Translations under genes and position numbers: made by a program
Source: a candidate division WOR-3 bacterium
GTDB lineage: Bacteria; Hydrothermota; Tepidihabitantia; B3-TA06
Reading direction: 5' to 3'
DNA: 25,228 bases
Assembly (NCBI GenBank): GCA_965649265.1
Contig: CBFGKC010000022.1
Coordinates: 1-25,228 of the forward strand
Shown here: one piece after another, positions 9,671-17,171 of the stretch
How positions within the stretch are numbered: the first letter of the stretch is position 1
Layout of the letters: each line of letters begins with the position of its first letter
The notes under the pieces: generated by a model
Seen by the model: only the letters and a program-made list of their open reading frames with translations
Database searches by the model: none
Told to the model about the DNA's origin: nothing

Positions 9671-10249
9671 TTACGCATCCCAGGTTATCTCCCAGGAACA
9701 GTCGGCGTTGCCGTGATAAATGCAGGATTTTTTTTCGATCTTAGGGTTCTTAACCCCGGTTTTTTCGGCAATGAATAGAAAGTAGCCTTCCTGAACCTGA
9801 CATCCCGACTCACCCGGTTCGTAGCCGGATATCGTTAACAGCCTTCTCTTACGGTCATTTTCATCGTCGAGGGTGGTCGCCTTTATCTCGCCGCCCTTGT
9901 GGTAATGCTTCCAGAATGTTCTCATGCGGCTTATTGCTGTGTCTATGCTGATGAATTTGACAAGATAGCGCAAGAGATTCGAGGTACTCTCTTCGGCGGC
10001 GAATTTCCCGTAATCGGCGAGAATCCTGGGATTTTTTTTACCGAATTCCTTGTGAATTGCCAGATAAATCTCAGACAAAAGGTGGTTCGGATACCATTCG
10101 TTGACTCGTGGTTCGATAAGCATTTTCTGGGCACCGGAGGAGATCTGGTCGCGAATCTTGGACAGACCTTCTTCACCGAACTGTTTCTTAATCCAACTTT
10201 TTAAGAGGGCTCCATTAACACCGCTATCATGTGTAGATTTATTCATCAT
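9671..10249 (-). CDS. H-NOX-like/V4R-domain protein, array copy 7 (leaderless)
   Basis: WYP, FWKHYHKGG, CQVQEGY, CIYHGNADCSW; no SD. Confidence 0.85.
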   Translation of the reverse strand: MMNKSTHDSGVNGALLKSWIKKQFGEEGLSKIRDQISSGAQKMLIEPRVNEWYPNHLLSEIYLAIHKEFGKKNPRILADYGKFAAEESTSNLLRYLVKFISIDTAISRMRTFWKHYHKGGEIKATTLDDENDRKRRLLTISGYEPGESGCQVQEGYFLFIAEKTGVKNPKIEKKSCIYHGNADCSWEITWDA

Positions 10250-10255
10250 AGGAGA

Positions 10256-10283
10256 ATACTAAGTATCACCGGTAGTATGTCAA
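10256..10283 (-). promoter_or_regulatory. Leaderless promoter of copy 7
   Basis: TTGACA-N16-TAGTAT-N6-ATG. Confidence 0.75.
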
Positions 10284-10382
10284 TACTGTTTTTTACCTAT
10301 GAATATTTATTTTTAAACCAGGGCTTGTAGATGTAATAGATTTTTGGGAAATCGTCAGATAACTACTTGGATTATTAAAAGG

Positions 10383-10961
10383 TTACTCATCCCAGTTTAC
10401 TAGCCATGAACACTCCTTGTTACCTTCATGAATGCAGTCCTGTATTTCTGCCGTTACATGTGTTGCACCTGTTGCCGCAATTAACGTTTCTATGTAACCT
10501 GCCATAAGTCTGCACCAGCCCGAGCCCGCACAATAGTCTTTTATAATCAACAATCCTTCTCTGTGTCTGCCTTCCTCCTTGACGATTGGGACCTCAACCG
10601 TCCCACCCTTGTGATAGTAGTTCCAGAGGGTTTCTATTCGCCAGATGATAGTTTTTACCGAAATCAGGCTCACAAAAAGTCTTACGACTCCACGGATACC
10701 GTGTCTGGCCATTAGCCCCCCAAGAGATGTCAGGGCGTCCGGGTCCTTCGGCGTAAACATCTCATCCACCACGTCGTACGTTTCTTGCAAAAGGTCGGTT
10801 GGATACCAATCGTTTGATTGTGGTTTTGAAAGCATCGCCCTGGCCGGGGGACTAAGGCGCTCCAGAACCTTTTCAAGCGCCTCTTCGCCATACTGTTCCA
10901 GGATCCAAAGCCGGATGTCGTATGCGATAATGCCGCGATCGCGATTTGGTAGCCGCTCCAT
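10383..10961 (-). CDS. H-NOX-like/V4R-domain protein, array copy 8 (leaderless)
   Basis: Start at ATG 10961 (MERLP) gives 192 aa like the paralogs; WYP, LWNYYHKGG, CRLMAGY, CIHEGNKECSW. Confidence 0.85.
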   Translation of the reverse strand: MERLPNRDRGIIAYDIRLWILEQYGEEALEKVLERLSPPARAMLSKPQSNDWYPTDLLQETYDVVDEMFTPKDPDALTSLGGLMARHGIRGVVRLFVSLISVKTIIWRIETLWNYYHKGGTVEVPIVKEEGRHREGLLIIKDYCAGSGWCRLMAGYIETLIAATGATHVTAEIQDCIHEGNKECSWLVNWDE

Positions 10962-10967
10962 AAAATA

Positions 10968-10995
10968 ATAATACAACGACCTTTCTAATTGTCAA
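10968..10995 (-). promoter_or_regulatory. Leaderless promoter of copy 8
   Basis: TTGACA-N16-TATTAT-N6-ATG. Confidence 0.75.
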
Positions 10996-11119
10996 GATGG
11001 TTTCATCGCAATTGCATTATTCTTAAAAAAAACAAAAACAACTCTCTTTTTAAGAGAAAATACTTTTGAATAACCAAATTGAGAACAATCCGTAAGAAAC
11101 GCGAAAGAATAGCGGAACG

Positions 11120-11698
11120 TCATTCTAACCAGGAGATGTTCCACGAACACACTTCGCCGCTCTTGTGGATGCAGTTTTCTTTTTTGACCTCGATTTGTTC
11201 TGCGCCGGTAAGTTTCATGAATCCGTATATATAACCTCTCATTAATTCGCAGAATTCTTGGCCTGCATCGTATCCTTTAATGGTCAGAGTTCCCTCTTTT
11301 TCTCCTCCCTTTTCGCTAGTGACTTTTCCTTCCGCCGTGCCTGTGTCGTGGTATCTGCGCCATATAGCGCCGATCCTGGGGATTACGTTTTTTGCGGAGA
11401 CGAGGTGTACAAGGTATTGCAGGAAGCCTTGAACGCTGTGGTCGGCAACGAATAATCCCAGGGAAAAGAGTACGTCCTTGTCATCTTTTCCGAAAAGATT
11501 GTTAATCGAAGCGTAAACCTCGTGCATGAGTTTGACGTTGTACCACTCGTGTGGAACCGGTTGTGTAATCATCCTTGCCGCTTCGGGAGAAAGTGCCGCC
11601 TTGAATTTTTCAAACCCATCCGTGCCATAAGTCGCAATAACCCACATGCGGATGTATCTTGGAAGAACGCCTCTATCGTTTGCTGCCTTTTCTCCCAT
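11120..11698 (-). CDS. H-NOX-like/V4R-domain protein, array copy 9 (leaderless)
   Basis: HEWY, IWRRYHDTG, CELMRGY, CIHKSGEVCSW. Confidence 0.85.
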   Translation of the reverse strand: MGEKAANDRGVLPRYIRMWVIATYGTDGFEKFKAALSPEAARMITQPVPHEWYNVKLMHEVYASINNLFGKDDKDVLFSLGLFVADHSVQGFLQYLVHLVSAKNVIPRIGAIWRRYHDTGTAEGKVTSEKGGEKEGTLTIKGYDAGQEFCELMRGYIYGFMKLTGAEQIEVKKENCIHKSGEVCSWNISWLE

Positions 11699-11704
11699 AC
11701 GGAT

Positions 11705-11732
11705 ACTCTAGTCAACAACTCCTGGGTGTCAA
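11705..11732 (-). promoter_or_regulatory. Leaderless promoter of copy 9
   Basis: TTGACA-N16-TAGAGT-N6-ATG. Confidence 0.7.
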
Positions 11733-11805
11733 GTGCCGCAATGATCTGCCGTTAACGCATCGCCTCTCCCTCTAGCCTCGATTTTATAGAAGGTATGTTT
11801 GGAGG

Positions 11806-12384
11806 TTATTCTTCCCAGGTTACGAGCCAGGAGCAGTGTTCGTCACCTTTGTGAACGCAGCTTTGTTCGCTCACGCTCACGTTCCGGGCGTTGGTGTAGG
11901 GCAGGAAGCCCTCGATGTAGCCCTGGTGAACCACGCACCATGCAGGGGTAGTCTTATAGTCCTTTACTATGAACAGACCTTTTTTTCCATTCGAATCGTC
12001 TTCAAGCATGCTCGTTTCCACGCTTCCTGAATCGTGGTATCGTCTCCAGATGGCGCTCGTGCGGGCTATCGTAGTTTTGACCGAGATGACCCTTACGAAA
12101 AACTGCAAAAACCCTTTTATGCTGTGCCGGGCAATGAATCTGCCGAGTTCCAGAAGCGCACCGGGAAGGACTGGCGTGAATTCAAGCCTTATCGCCTCGA
12201 AGAGCTCACCCATCATTGCGGCATCGTACCATTCGTGAGGTATGGGTTTTAAAAACATCTGACTCGTTTTCGGAGGAAGCCTTTTTGCCACCCGGTCCAC
12301 TCCGTCGGCTCCGAAGCGTTCCTTGACCCACATATGGGTGTAGCGGGCATGTATGCCTCTGTCTTTTGAAATCTTTTCTCCCAT
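11806..12384 (-). CDS. H-NOX-like/V4R-domain protein, array copy 10
   Basis: HEWY, IWRRYHDSG, CVVHQGY, CVHKGDEHCSW; no SD. Confidence 0.85.
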   Translation of the reverse strand: MGEKISKDRGIHARYTHMWVKERFGADGVDRVAKRLPPKTSQMFLKPIPHEWYDAAMMGELFEAIRLEFTPVLPGALLELGRFIARHSIKGFLQFFVRVISVKTTIARTSAIWRRYHDSGSVETSMLEDDSNGKKGLFIVKDYKTTPAWCVVHQGYIEGFLPYTNARNVSVSEQSCVHKGDEHCSWLVTWEE

Positions 12385-12393
12385 GATGTAATA

Positions 12394-12421
12394 AGACTAA
12401 CCAGTTTACTTTGTAAGTCAA
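12394..12421 (-). promoter_or_regulatory. Promoter of copy 10 (leaderless or very short leader)
   Basis: TTGACT-N16-TAGTCT-N9-ATG. Confidence 0.55.
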
Positions 12422-12425
12422 GACC

Positions 12426-12454
12426 TTTACAACGAGCCGCGTCGTGTTTATACT
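12426..12454 (+). promoter_or_regulatory. Promoter of the lipoprotein gene, back-to-back with the copy 10 promoter
   Basis: TTTACA-N17-TATACT, AAGGAGG SD, GTG at 12478. Confidence 0.65.
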
Positions 12455-12477
12455 CGAGTCATTAAAGGAGGCAGCAC

Positions 12478-13437
12478 GTGAAGAAGATAATCCTTGCCCT
12501 TCCCGTAGTGTTCGCAGGTTGCGGGGGCGATTTACCGGATGTCGATTTCAAGAAAGAGATGGTCAGCTTCGTGAAGGAGATCTCCACATACGCCAAATCA
12601 CTGGATTCGTCTTTTCTGGTATTTCCCCAGAATGCGGCCGAACTCTGGTCCGAAGAAGGTTATCTCGATGCCGTGGACGGAATCGGACAGGAGGATACCT
12701 ACTACGGTTACGAGGAGGACGCGGTAGCCACACCCGTGGAAGTGACAGCCGAGATCGAACAGAACCTCGGACACTTTCGAGACGCCGCAAAGCTCGTCCT
12801 TACGATCGACTATACCTTTACCGGAAGGACGGAGCCTTCCTTCACACCCGCCGACATAGCCCGTACCGATTCCGCGTATTCGAAGTCACAATCAAATGGA
12901 TTTTTTCCCTACACCACGGTGCGCGACCTCTCCTGGATCACCATAAATCCAGGACACGAGCCCGAGCCTAACAGCGACCCTATCATCACAATCGCAGGCG
13001 TGCACGATTTTCTCTATATCCTTCAGCACGACGCGAATCTTTCTCGGCAGCAGTTCCTCGATTCCATCGGTTCTCTGGGGTTCGACCTCATTGTCATGGA
13101 CTACCAGGATGACGACGGGCCATACTCAAACGCAGAAATAGCTGGTCTCAAGCAAAAATCCAACGCCCTTATCATCGCCTACATGTCCATCGGCGAGGCC
13201 GAGGATTACCGTTTCTACTGGAAGAAGGAATGGAACCTGAAGTCTCAAAGGCCAGAGTGGATAGAGAGAGAGGACCCCTCATGGCCGGGAAACTACCTCG
13301 TGTGGTACTGGGATCCTAGCTGGAAAGAGATCATATTCGGCACGGACTCATCCTATCTTGACGCCATAATCTCTCGTGGTTTCGACGGGGTCTATCTTGA
13401 TAAGATAGACGCCTACGAGGAGTTCCTCGAGCTCTGA
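12478..13437 (+). CDS. Lipoprotein, TM1410/MJ1477-like (GH114-related, putative endo-alpha-1,4-polygalactosaminidase)
   Basis: MKK...FAGC lipobox; motifs PQNAAEL, DGIGQED, AYMSIGEAEDYRFYW, WPGNYLVWYW, GFDGVYLD. Confidence 0.85.
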   Translation: MKKIILALPVVFAGCGGDLPDVDFKKEMVSFVKEISTYAKSLDSSFLVFPQNAAELWSEEGYLDAVDGIGQEDTYYGYEEDAVATPVEVTAEIEQNLGHFRDAAKLVLTIDYTFTGRTEPSFTPADIARTDSAYSKSQSNGFFPYTTVRDLSWITINPGHEPEPNSDPIITIAGVHDFLYILQHDANLSRQQFLDSIGSLGFDLIVMDYQDDDGPYSNAEIAGLKQKSNALIIAYMSIGEAEDYRFYWKKEWNLKSQRPEWIEREDPSWPGNYLVWYWDPSWKEIIFGTDSSYLDAIISRGFDGVYLDKIDAYEEFLEL

Positions 13438-13444
13438 CCTAGGT

Positions 13445-13929
13445 GGGGTATGGGTGTTGCGGGTGTTACGGGTACGGGTCAAGCTACGTTCAGTCTGGAT
13501 TGCTGATTATGAGATAGTAGAAGCTATAGGTTTCTGCTAATGTGTTTCCGACGCTAGCCCCCTCAGCCCTCCTCTGCTCTCCTCAGCCCCCCTCAGTTCC
13601 CCCAGCAGGATGAGATTCTGCTCATGCGCCTCCGGCGCTCGCCCTTGGAGAGTAGAAGTAAAGTGGCAGAAGCGAAGCTTGTGCCTGGCGCCTCCGGCGC
13701 TCGCCCTCCTCAGAATCGGTTTCAAAACATTACGATCGATGTAAAAAAAGCAAAGAGGAAGAAGCGAGGGTTTAACCAGCGTTTTCTCTCTCTCAGATAA
13801 TGGAGGGTGTGTTACTTTCTTCTATCCTTCATTGAAAATGGAAGCAACCTGTGAGGTAAAGGCTTTCATTAAGGGTCAGACTCCACCCCGAAGGGGGATG
13901 GTGTGTTACGGGGTGTTACGGGTATGGGT
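13445..13929. repeat. Repeat-rich intergenic region between convergent genes
   Basis: gggtgttacgggtaYgggt at 13461-13479 and 13911-13929; gcgcctccggcgctcgccct at 13626-13645 and 13688-13707; ccctcag-like short repeats at about 13557-13605. Confidence 0.85.
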
Positions 13930-14503
13930 TAGTTCCAGCTTAGAATCCAGGAGAACGTGTCCTCGCCGTTGTCCCGGTCACCTTCCACGGAACATTCAAG
14001 GCTGCGTCCGCCCGCGATCTCTATCATCACCTCGATGTAACCCTGCATGGCCGAGCGTCCTCCCTTTCCCGTGGGGTAACCGTACACGGTAACGCGTCCT
14101 CTCTTGCGGCCTTCCGACTCCGCAAGCATCTGAGCATCTATGCCTCCTCCCTTGTGGTAGTGTTTCCAGAAGGCGCCGATCCGGCTCACCAGCGTCGAAA
14201 CAGAGATGAGCCTCGTGAGGTAACGCAGGAATCCCCTTGAACTCTCCTCAGCAACGAAACGTCCCATCTTTACGAGTATCCCCGGGTCCTTCTCACTATA
14301 CAGCCGATCGACCGCGCCGTAGAACTCCTTCATGAGGGATACCGGATACCAGGCGTTGGTATCGGGACGATCGAACATCTCCCCGGCATCTTTTCCCAGC
14401 GATGCCCTCATCCTTTTTACTCCTTCCTGCCCGTATCTTTCCAGAAGCCATTTTCTGAAAAGGCACGGGTTATGCCGCGTTCGTAAATGTTTCCGTCTTC
14501 CAT
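13929..14503 (-). pseudogene. H-NOX-like/V4R array copy 11, frameshifted (1-nt deletion near 14470) or sequencing error
   Basis: ATG 14503 reads MEDGNIYERGI; homology continues in the -1 frame as NPCLFRKWLLERYGQEG...WYP...FWKHYHKGG; adding one base gives 191 aa. Confidence 0.85.
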
Positions 14504-14509
14504 CCCGGG

Positions 14510-14538
14510 ATAATAAGTGTTAAGACTCCGGCTGTCAA
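14510..14538 (-). promoter_or_regulatory. Leaderless promoter of copy 11
   Basis: TTGACA-N17-TATTAT-N6-ATG; the -35 box overlaps the TGA stop of the upstream gene. Confidence 0.7.
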
Positions 14539-15245
14539 GATTTCTTTTCCCTTATTATTGCTTCTGCGCGCTCGGCGGGAGGCAGATTCTCAATAGCGTA
14601 CCTCAATGCGGTTCTGGGCATCAAGAGTTTGTGAATCATCACGTAGTTGAAGACATCTTCCGGGAATTTATTGCTGGCCTCCTTGAGCATCCAGCCGTAG
14701 CCTTTCTGAACCATATCGTCCGCATCGAGCAGGAGGATATCCGCAATTTGAAAGCCCTCTTCAAGAAGCCGGTGTCTTCGCAGTGAATAGATTATCGTGA
14801 CGGCCGAGGCGCGGCGGTGCCAGCGGTCCGATGAGAGTGCCCATTTTTTCGTCTCCTTGACAAGCTCCGGGAACGAATAAACCAGGGAACCCAGGGCATG
14901 CGTGCAGAAATCGTCACAAGCGCTCCAATCGCGTATATAGAGATTCAGCCAGGAATGAAACAACTCGAAGTCGCTTCGGGTATACTCCTTTCTCATCCTG
15001 AATGCCCAATCGAAAGCTATAGTTCTAAAGACCCAGCCTTGCTTTGGATGTATTTCGACTTGATCCAATAGTTTTTTGCACAATTCGAATACACCCTCCT
15101 TGGATATCCCTCTGACTCTTTTGAAGAATTCGCCCGAGTACTTACGAACCATGGGAGTTCTAACCCCCCCTTGATTTTCTATGAAAGCTCTGATGTCGCT
15201 TGCTACATCAGAGCTCAGGTTTTGGATTCGACTCGCGGCACTCAT
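14535..15245 (-). CDS. DNA alkylation repair protein (AlkD-like HEAT-repeat family)
   Basis: DWSACDD, W-x4-RWHRRASAV, DMVQKGYGWMLKEAS, PRTALRYAIE; GAGGAG SD. Confidence 0.85.
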   Translation of the reverse strand: MSAASRIQNLSSDVASDIRAFIENQGGVRTPMVRKYSGEFFKRVRGISKEGVFELCKKLLDQVEIHPKQGWVFRTIAFDWAFRMRKEYTRSDFELFHSWLNLYIRDWSACDDFCTHALGSLVYSFPELVKETKKWALSSDRWHRRASAVTIIYSLRRHRLLEEGFQIADILLLDADDMVQKGYGWMLKEASNKFPEDVFNYVMIHKLLMPRTALRYAIENLPPAERAEAIIREKKS

Positions 15246-15300
15246 CTTTAAAGCTCCTCGTGGTAACCAAAGGTAGATAATCTGCCTTATGTCATGCGGG

Positions 15301-15370
15301 ACCCTGCGGCGTTTGATAAAACGCCGCAGGGTAGAACGGCCTAACCCGTATTCCCACTCTACCCTGCGGC
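15301..15370. repeat. Three copies of accctgcggc/gccgcagggt forming alternative hairpins
   Basis: accctgcggcgttt-gata-aaacgccgcagggt at 15301-15332, plus tctaccctgcggc at 15358-15370 complementary to gccgcagggtaga. Confidence 0.8.
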
Positions 15371-15383
15371 CGCTCCGATAATT

Positions 15384-15411
15384 ATACTAATCGAGATATC
15401 ATAACTGTCAA
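15384..15411 (-). promoter_or_regulatory. Sigma70-type promoter of the AlkD-like gene
   Basis: TTGACA-N16-TAGTAT. Confidence 0.65.
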
Positions 15412-15429
15412 GACACTTTCTGGAGCTCG

Positions 15430-16197
15430 TCATGGTTTACGGGCCACAAACAACATAGAGCCGTTGTGGTCGAACTCGCGCCGGTTGTAATCGCCGTAAA
15501 GCGCCTCTATCCGGAGTTCGGCTTTCTCGAGCAGAAGTTCGGCCTCGAAGCGCCAGAGGTAGCGAACGGGGAACTTCCAGAGCGTTCGCTTCAGATTCCC
15601 CTGGGGGTCCACAACGTCGTAAATCCATTCCACCGAGATCATCTGATTTATGTAGTCATATTTCGCAAACTCGGTGCGCGAGAGCGTGGAACCGTCGGGC
15701 AGTTTGTGCGAGCCAAGGTAGGTGAACATGCTCCTTTTCACGAGCCTGTCGTACGACGGCGCGAAGACTGCGAGAATGAAAAGGCCGCCGCTTTCGAGGT
15801 GTCGTGAAACAGAGGCAAGGCATGCCTCCTGGTCCGCGCGCGTCTCAAGCATCTGGAAGGAGTTGAACGGGATGAAGATCATGGGGAATTTTCTTCCCAG
15901 CTCGAAACCGCGCATGTCGCCATGAATCCAGGTGAGTTTCTTCTGCACCTCCGCATCGAGCGCCGAGGTCTTCTTACGGGCAACATCGAGCATCCCTTTG
16001 GAGATTTCGAGGCCGACCGTCTCGATGCCGGCCTTTGCGAGTTCTACAGTCACCCTGCCCGTTCCGGATGCAAGCTCAAGTACCGGACCACTCGCTTTCT
16101 TCGCTTCCTCCAGGTAGAAGGATATGTCAGGGCGGAATCCTTCGTGCTCTATGTCGTAGAATTCCGCCACCGGATCGTATAGTTTTTCGAGTTCCAT
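15430..16197 (-). CDS. Class I SAM-dependent methyltransferase (no. 4)
   Basis: GPVLELASGTGRV, GDMR, IPFNSF, HLESGGLF. Start 16197 or 16200 after AAGGAG; an alternative in-frame ATG at 16398 overlaps the upstream stop (ATGA). Confidence 0.88.
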   Translation of the reverse strand: MELEKLYDPVAEFYDIEHEGFRPDISFYLEEAKKASGPVLELASGTGRVTVELAKAGIETVGLEISKGMLDVARKKTSALDAEVQKKLTWIHGDMRGFELGRKFPMIFIPFNSFQMLETRADQEACLASVSRHLESGGLFILAVFAPSYDRLVKRSMFTYLGSHKLPDGSTLSRTEFAKYDYINQMISVEWIYDVVDPQGNLKRTLWKFPVRYLWRFEAELLLEKAELRIEALYGDYNRREFDHNGSMLFVARKP

Positions 16198-16211
16198 CAT
16201 TGCTCCTTGAA

Positions 16212-16251
16212 TTGCCCCATGAACCTGCTTCGCATCTTCATGGGGACCCCG
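16212..16251. repeat. 40-bp palindromic element, copy E2
   Basis: ttg-ccccatgaa-cc-tgc-ttc-gca-tc-ttcatgggg-accccg. Confidence 0.85.
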
Positions 16252-16394
16252 TTCAGACCGGGGATTATTTTTTTTTACGATAATCACAAAACGAAAGAGT
16301 TCCCTTGCGAATGCAATCATTCGTTGATGATCCCAGGTGTTCACTCCACAAATCGACTCCGCCAGCATGCGGTGACCCTGAGAGGATATCGGAA

Positions 16395-17171
16395 TCATCC
16401 AGGTTTCCTCGCCAAAACGATCATACGTTGGTGATCGAAAGTCAGAGGTTCTTTCAAAATGTTGCCCCAGGCGCAGGCAAACTCGAGGTCTGCGCGTTCG
16501 AGCATGGCGATCATCTCGTGAAGCGAGTACATCCTGAGCCTCATGTAGCTCGACGTGATCTTTCCATCCGCAATGAACGTCCACTTGCCGATGACTCGCG
16601 AAGTCGCAAGATCAATCTCGTGTTCCTTTAGAACGTAGTCGCCGCCATATGCCATCCAGCTTCGGGGGCTGAAGTGCCTTATAGTGAAATCGCGGTGCAT
16701 GAGTTCTGCGAGAAATCTTCCGCCTGGCTTGAGCGCTTTTGCAACCGAGGTAATCACCTTCTCGTTGTCCGCTTCGTTCTCGAAGAACCCGAACGAGGTG
16801 TAATAGCTGTATATCGCGTCGAACTCGGCCTCGAAAGGAATCGAGCGTATGTCGCCCTGGATGAAGCGGACGTTCAGATCCTCGGCGAGTTTGATTGAGA
16901 GCGCCTTGTCCAGATACTCCTTCGTGTAGTCGAGTCCGGTCACGCCCGTGAGTCCCCGCCTGGCGAGCTCGAGAGCGTGGCGGCCCATTCCGCAGGCAAG
17001 GTCCAGAACCCTCTCCTGGTTCTTCAATCCAAGAGCGTCGATTATAAAGTCCGCTTCCTTGCGTGTTCGCTCGGCTTCTATTATCTCCAGTCCAAGACGC
17101 CCATAGCTGTCATCGAAAAACGTCTTCCACCATGAGACGTTTTGCACGGATGCATGATTATTGTTGTTCAT
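16395..17171 (-). CDS. Class I SAM-dependent methyltransferase (no. 3)
   Basis: WWKTFFD, VLDLACGMGRH, GDIR, YTSFGFF, LKPGGRF, RMYSLHE; ATGA overlap with the upstream gene. Confidence 0.92.
   Translation of the reverse strand: MNNNNHASVQNVSWWKTFFDDSYGRLGLEIIEAERTRKEADFIIDALGLKNQERVLDLACGMGRHALELARRGLTGVTGLDYTKEYLDKALSIKLAEDLNVRFIQGDIRSIPFEAEFDAIYSYYTSFGFFENEADNEKVITSVAKALKPGGRFLAELMHRDFTIRHFSPRSWMAYGGDYVLKEHEIDLATSRVIGKWTFIADGKITSSYMRLRMYSLHEMIAMLERADLEFACAWGNILKEPLTFDHQRMIVLARKPG

Noticed and set aside
12444-12971. 175-aa ORF
   Set aside because: Out-of-frame overlap with the lipoprotein; starts inside its promoter
5668-14503. Array as an integron cassette array or DGR target set
   Set aside because: No attC-like repeat between genes, no integrase or reverse transcriptase, no near-identical template/variable repeat pair seen
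5668-14503. Canonical heme-binding H-NOX annotation
   Set aside because: YxSxR motif absent and a V4R-type Cys cluster is present
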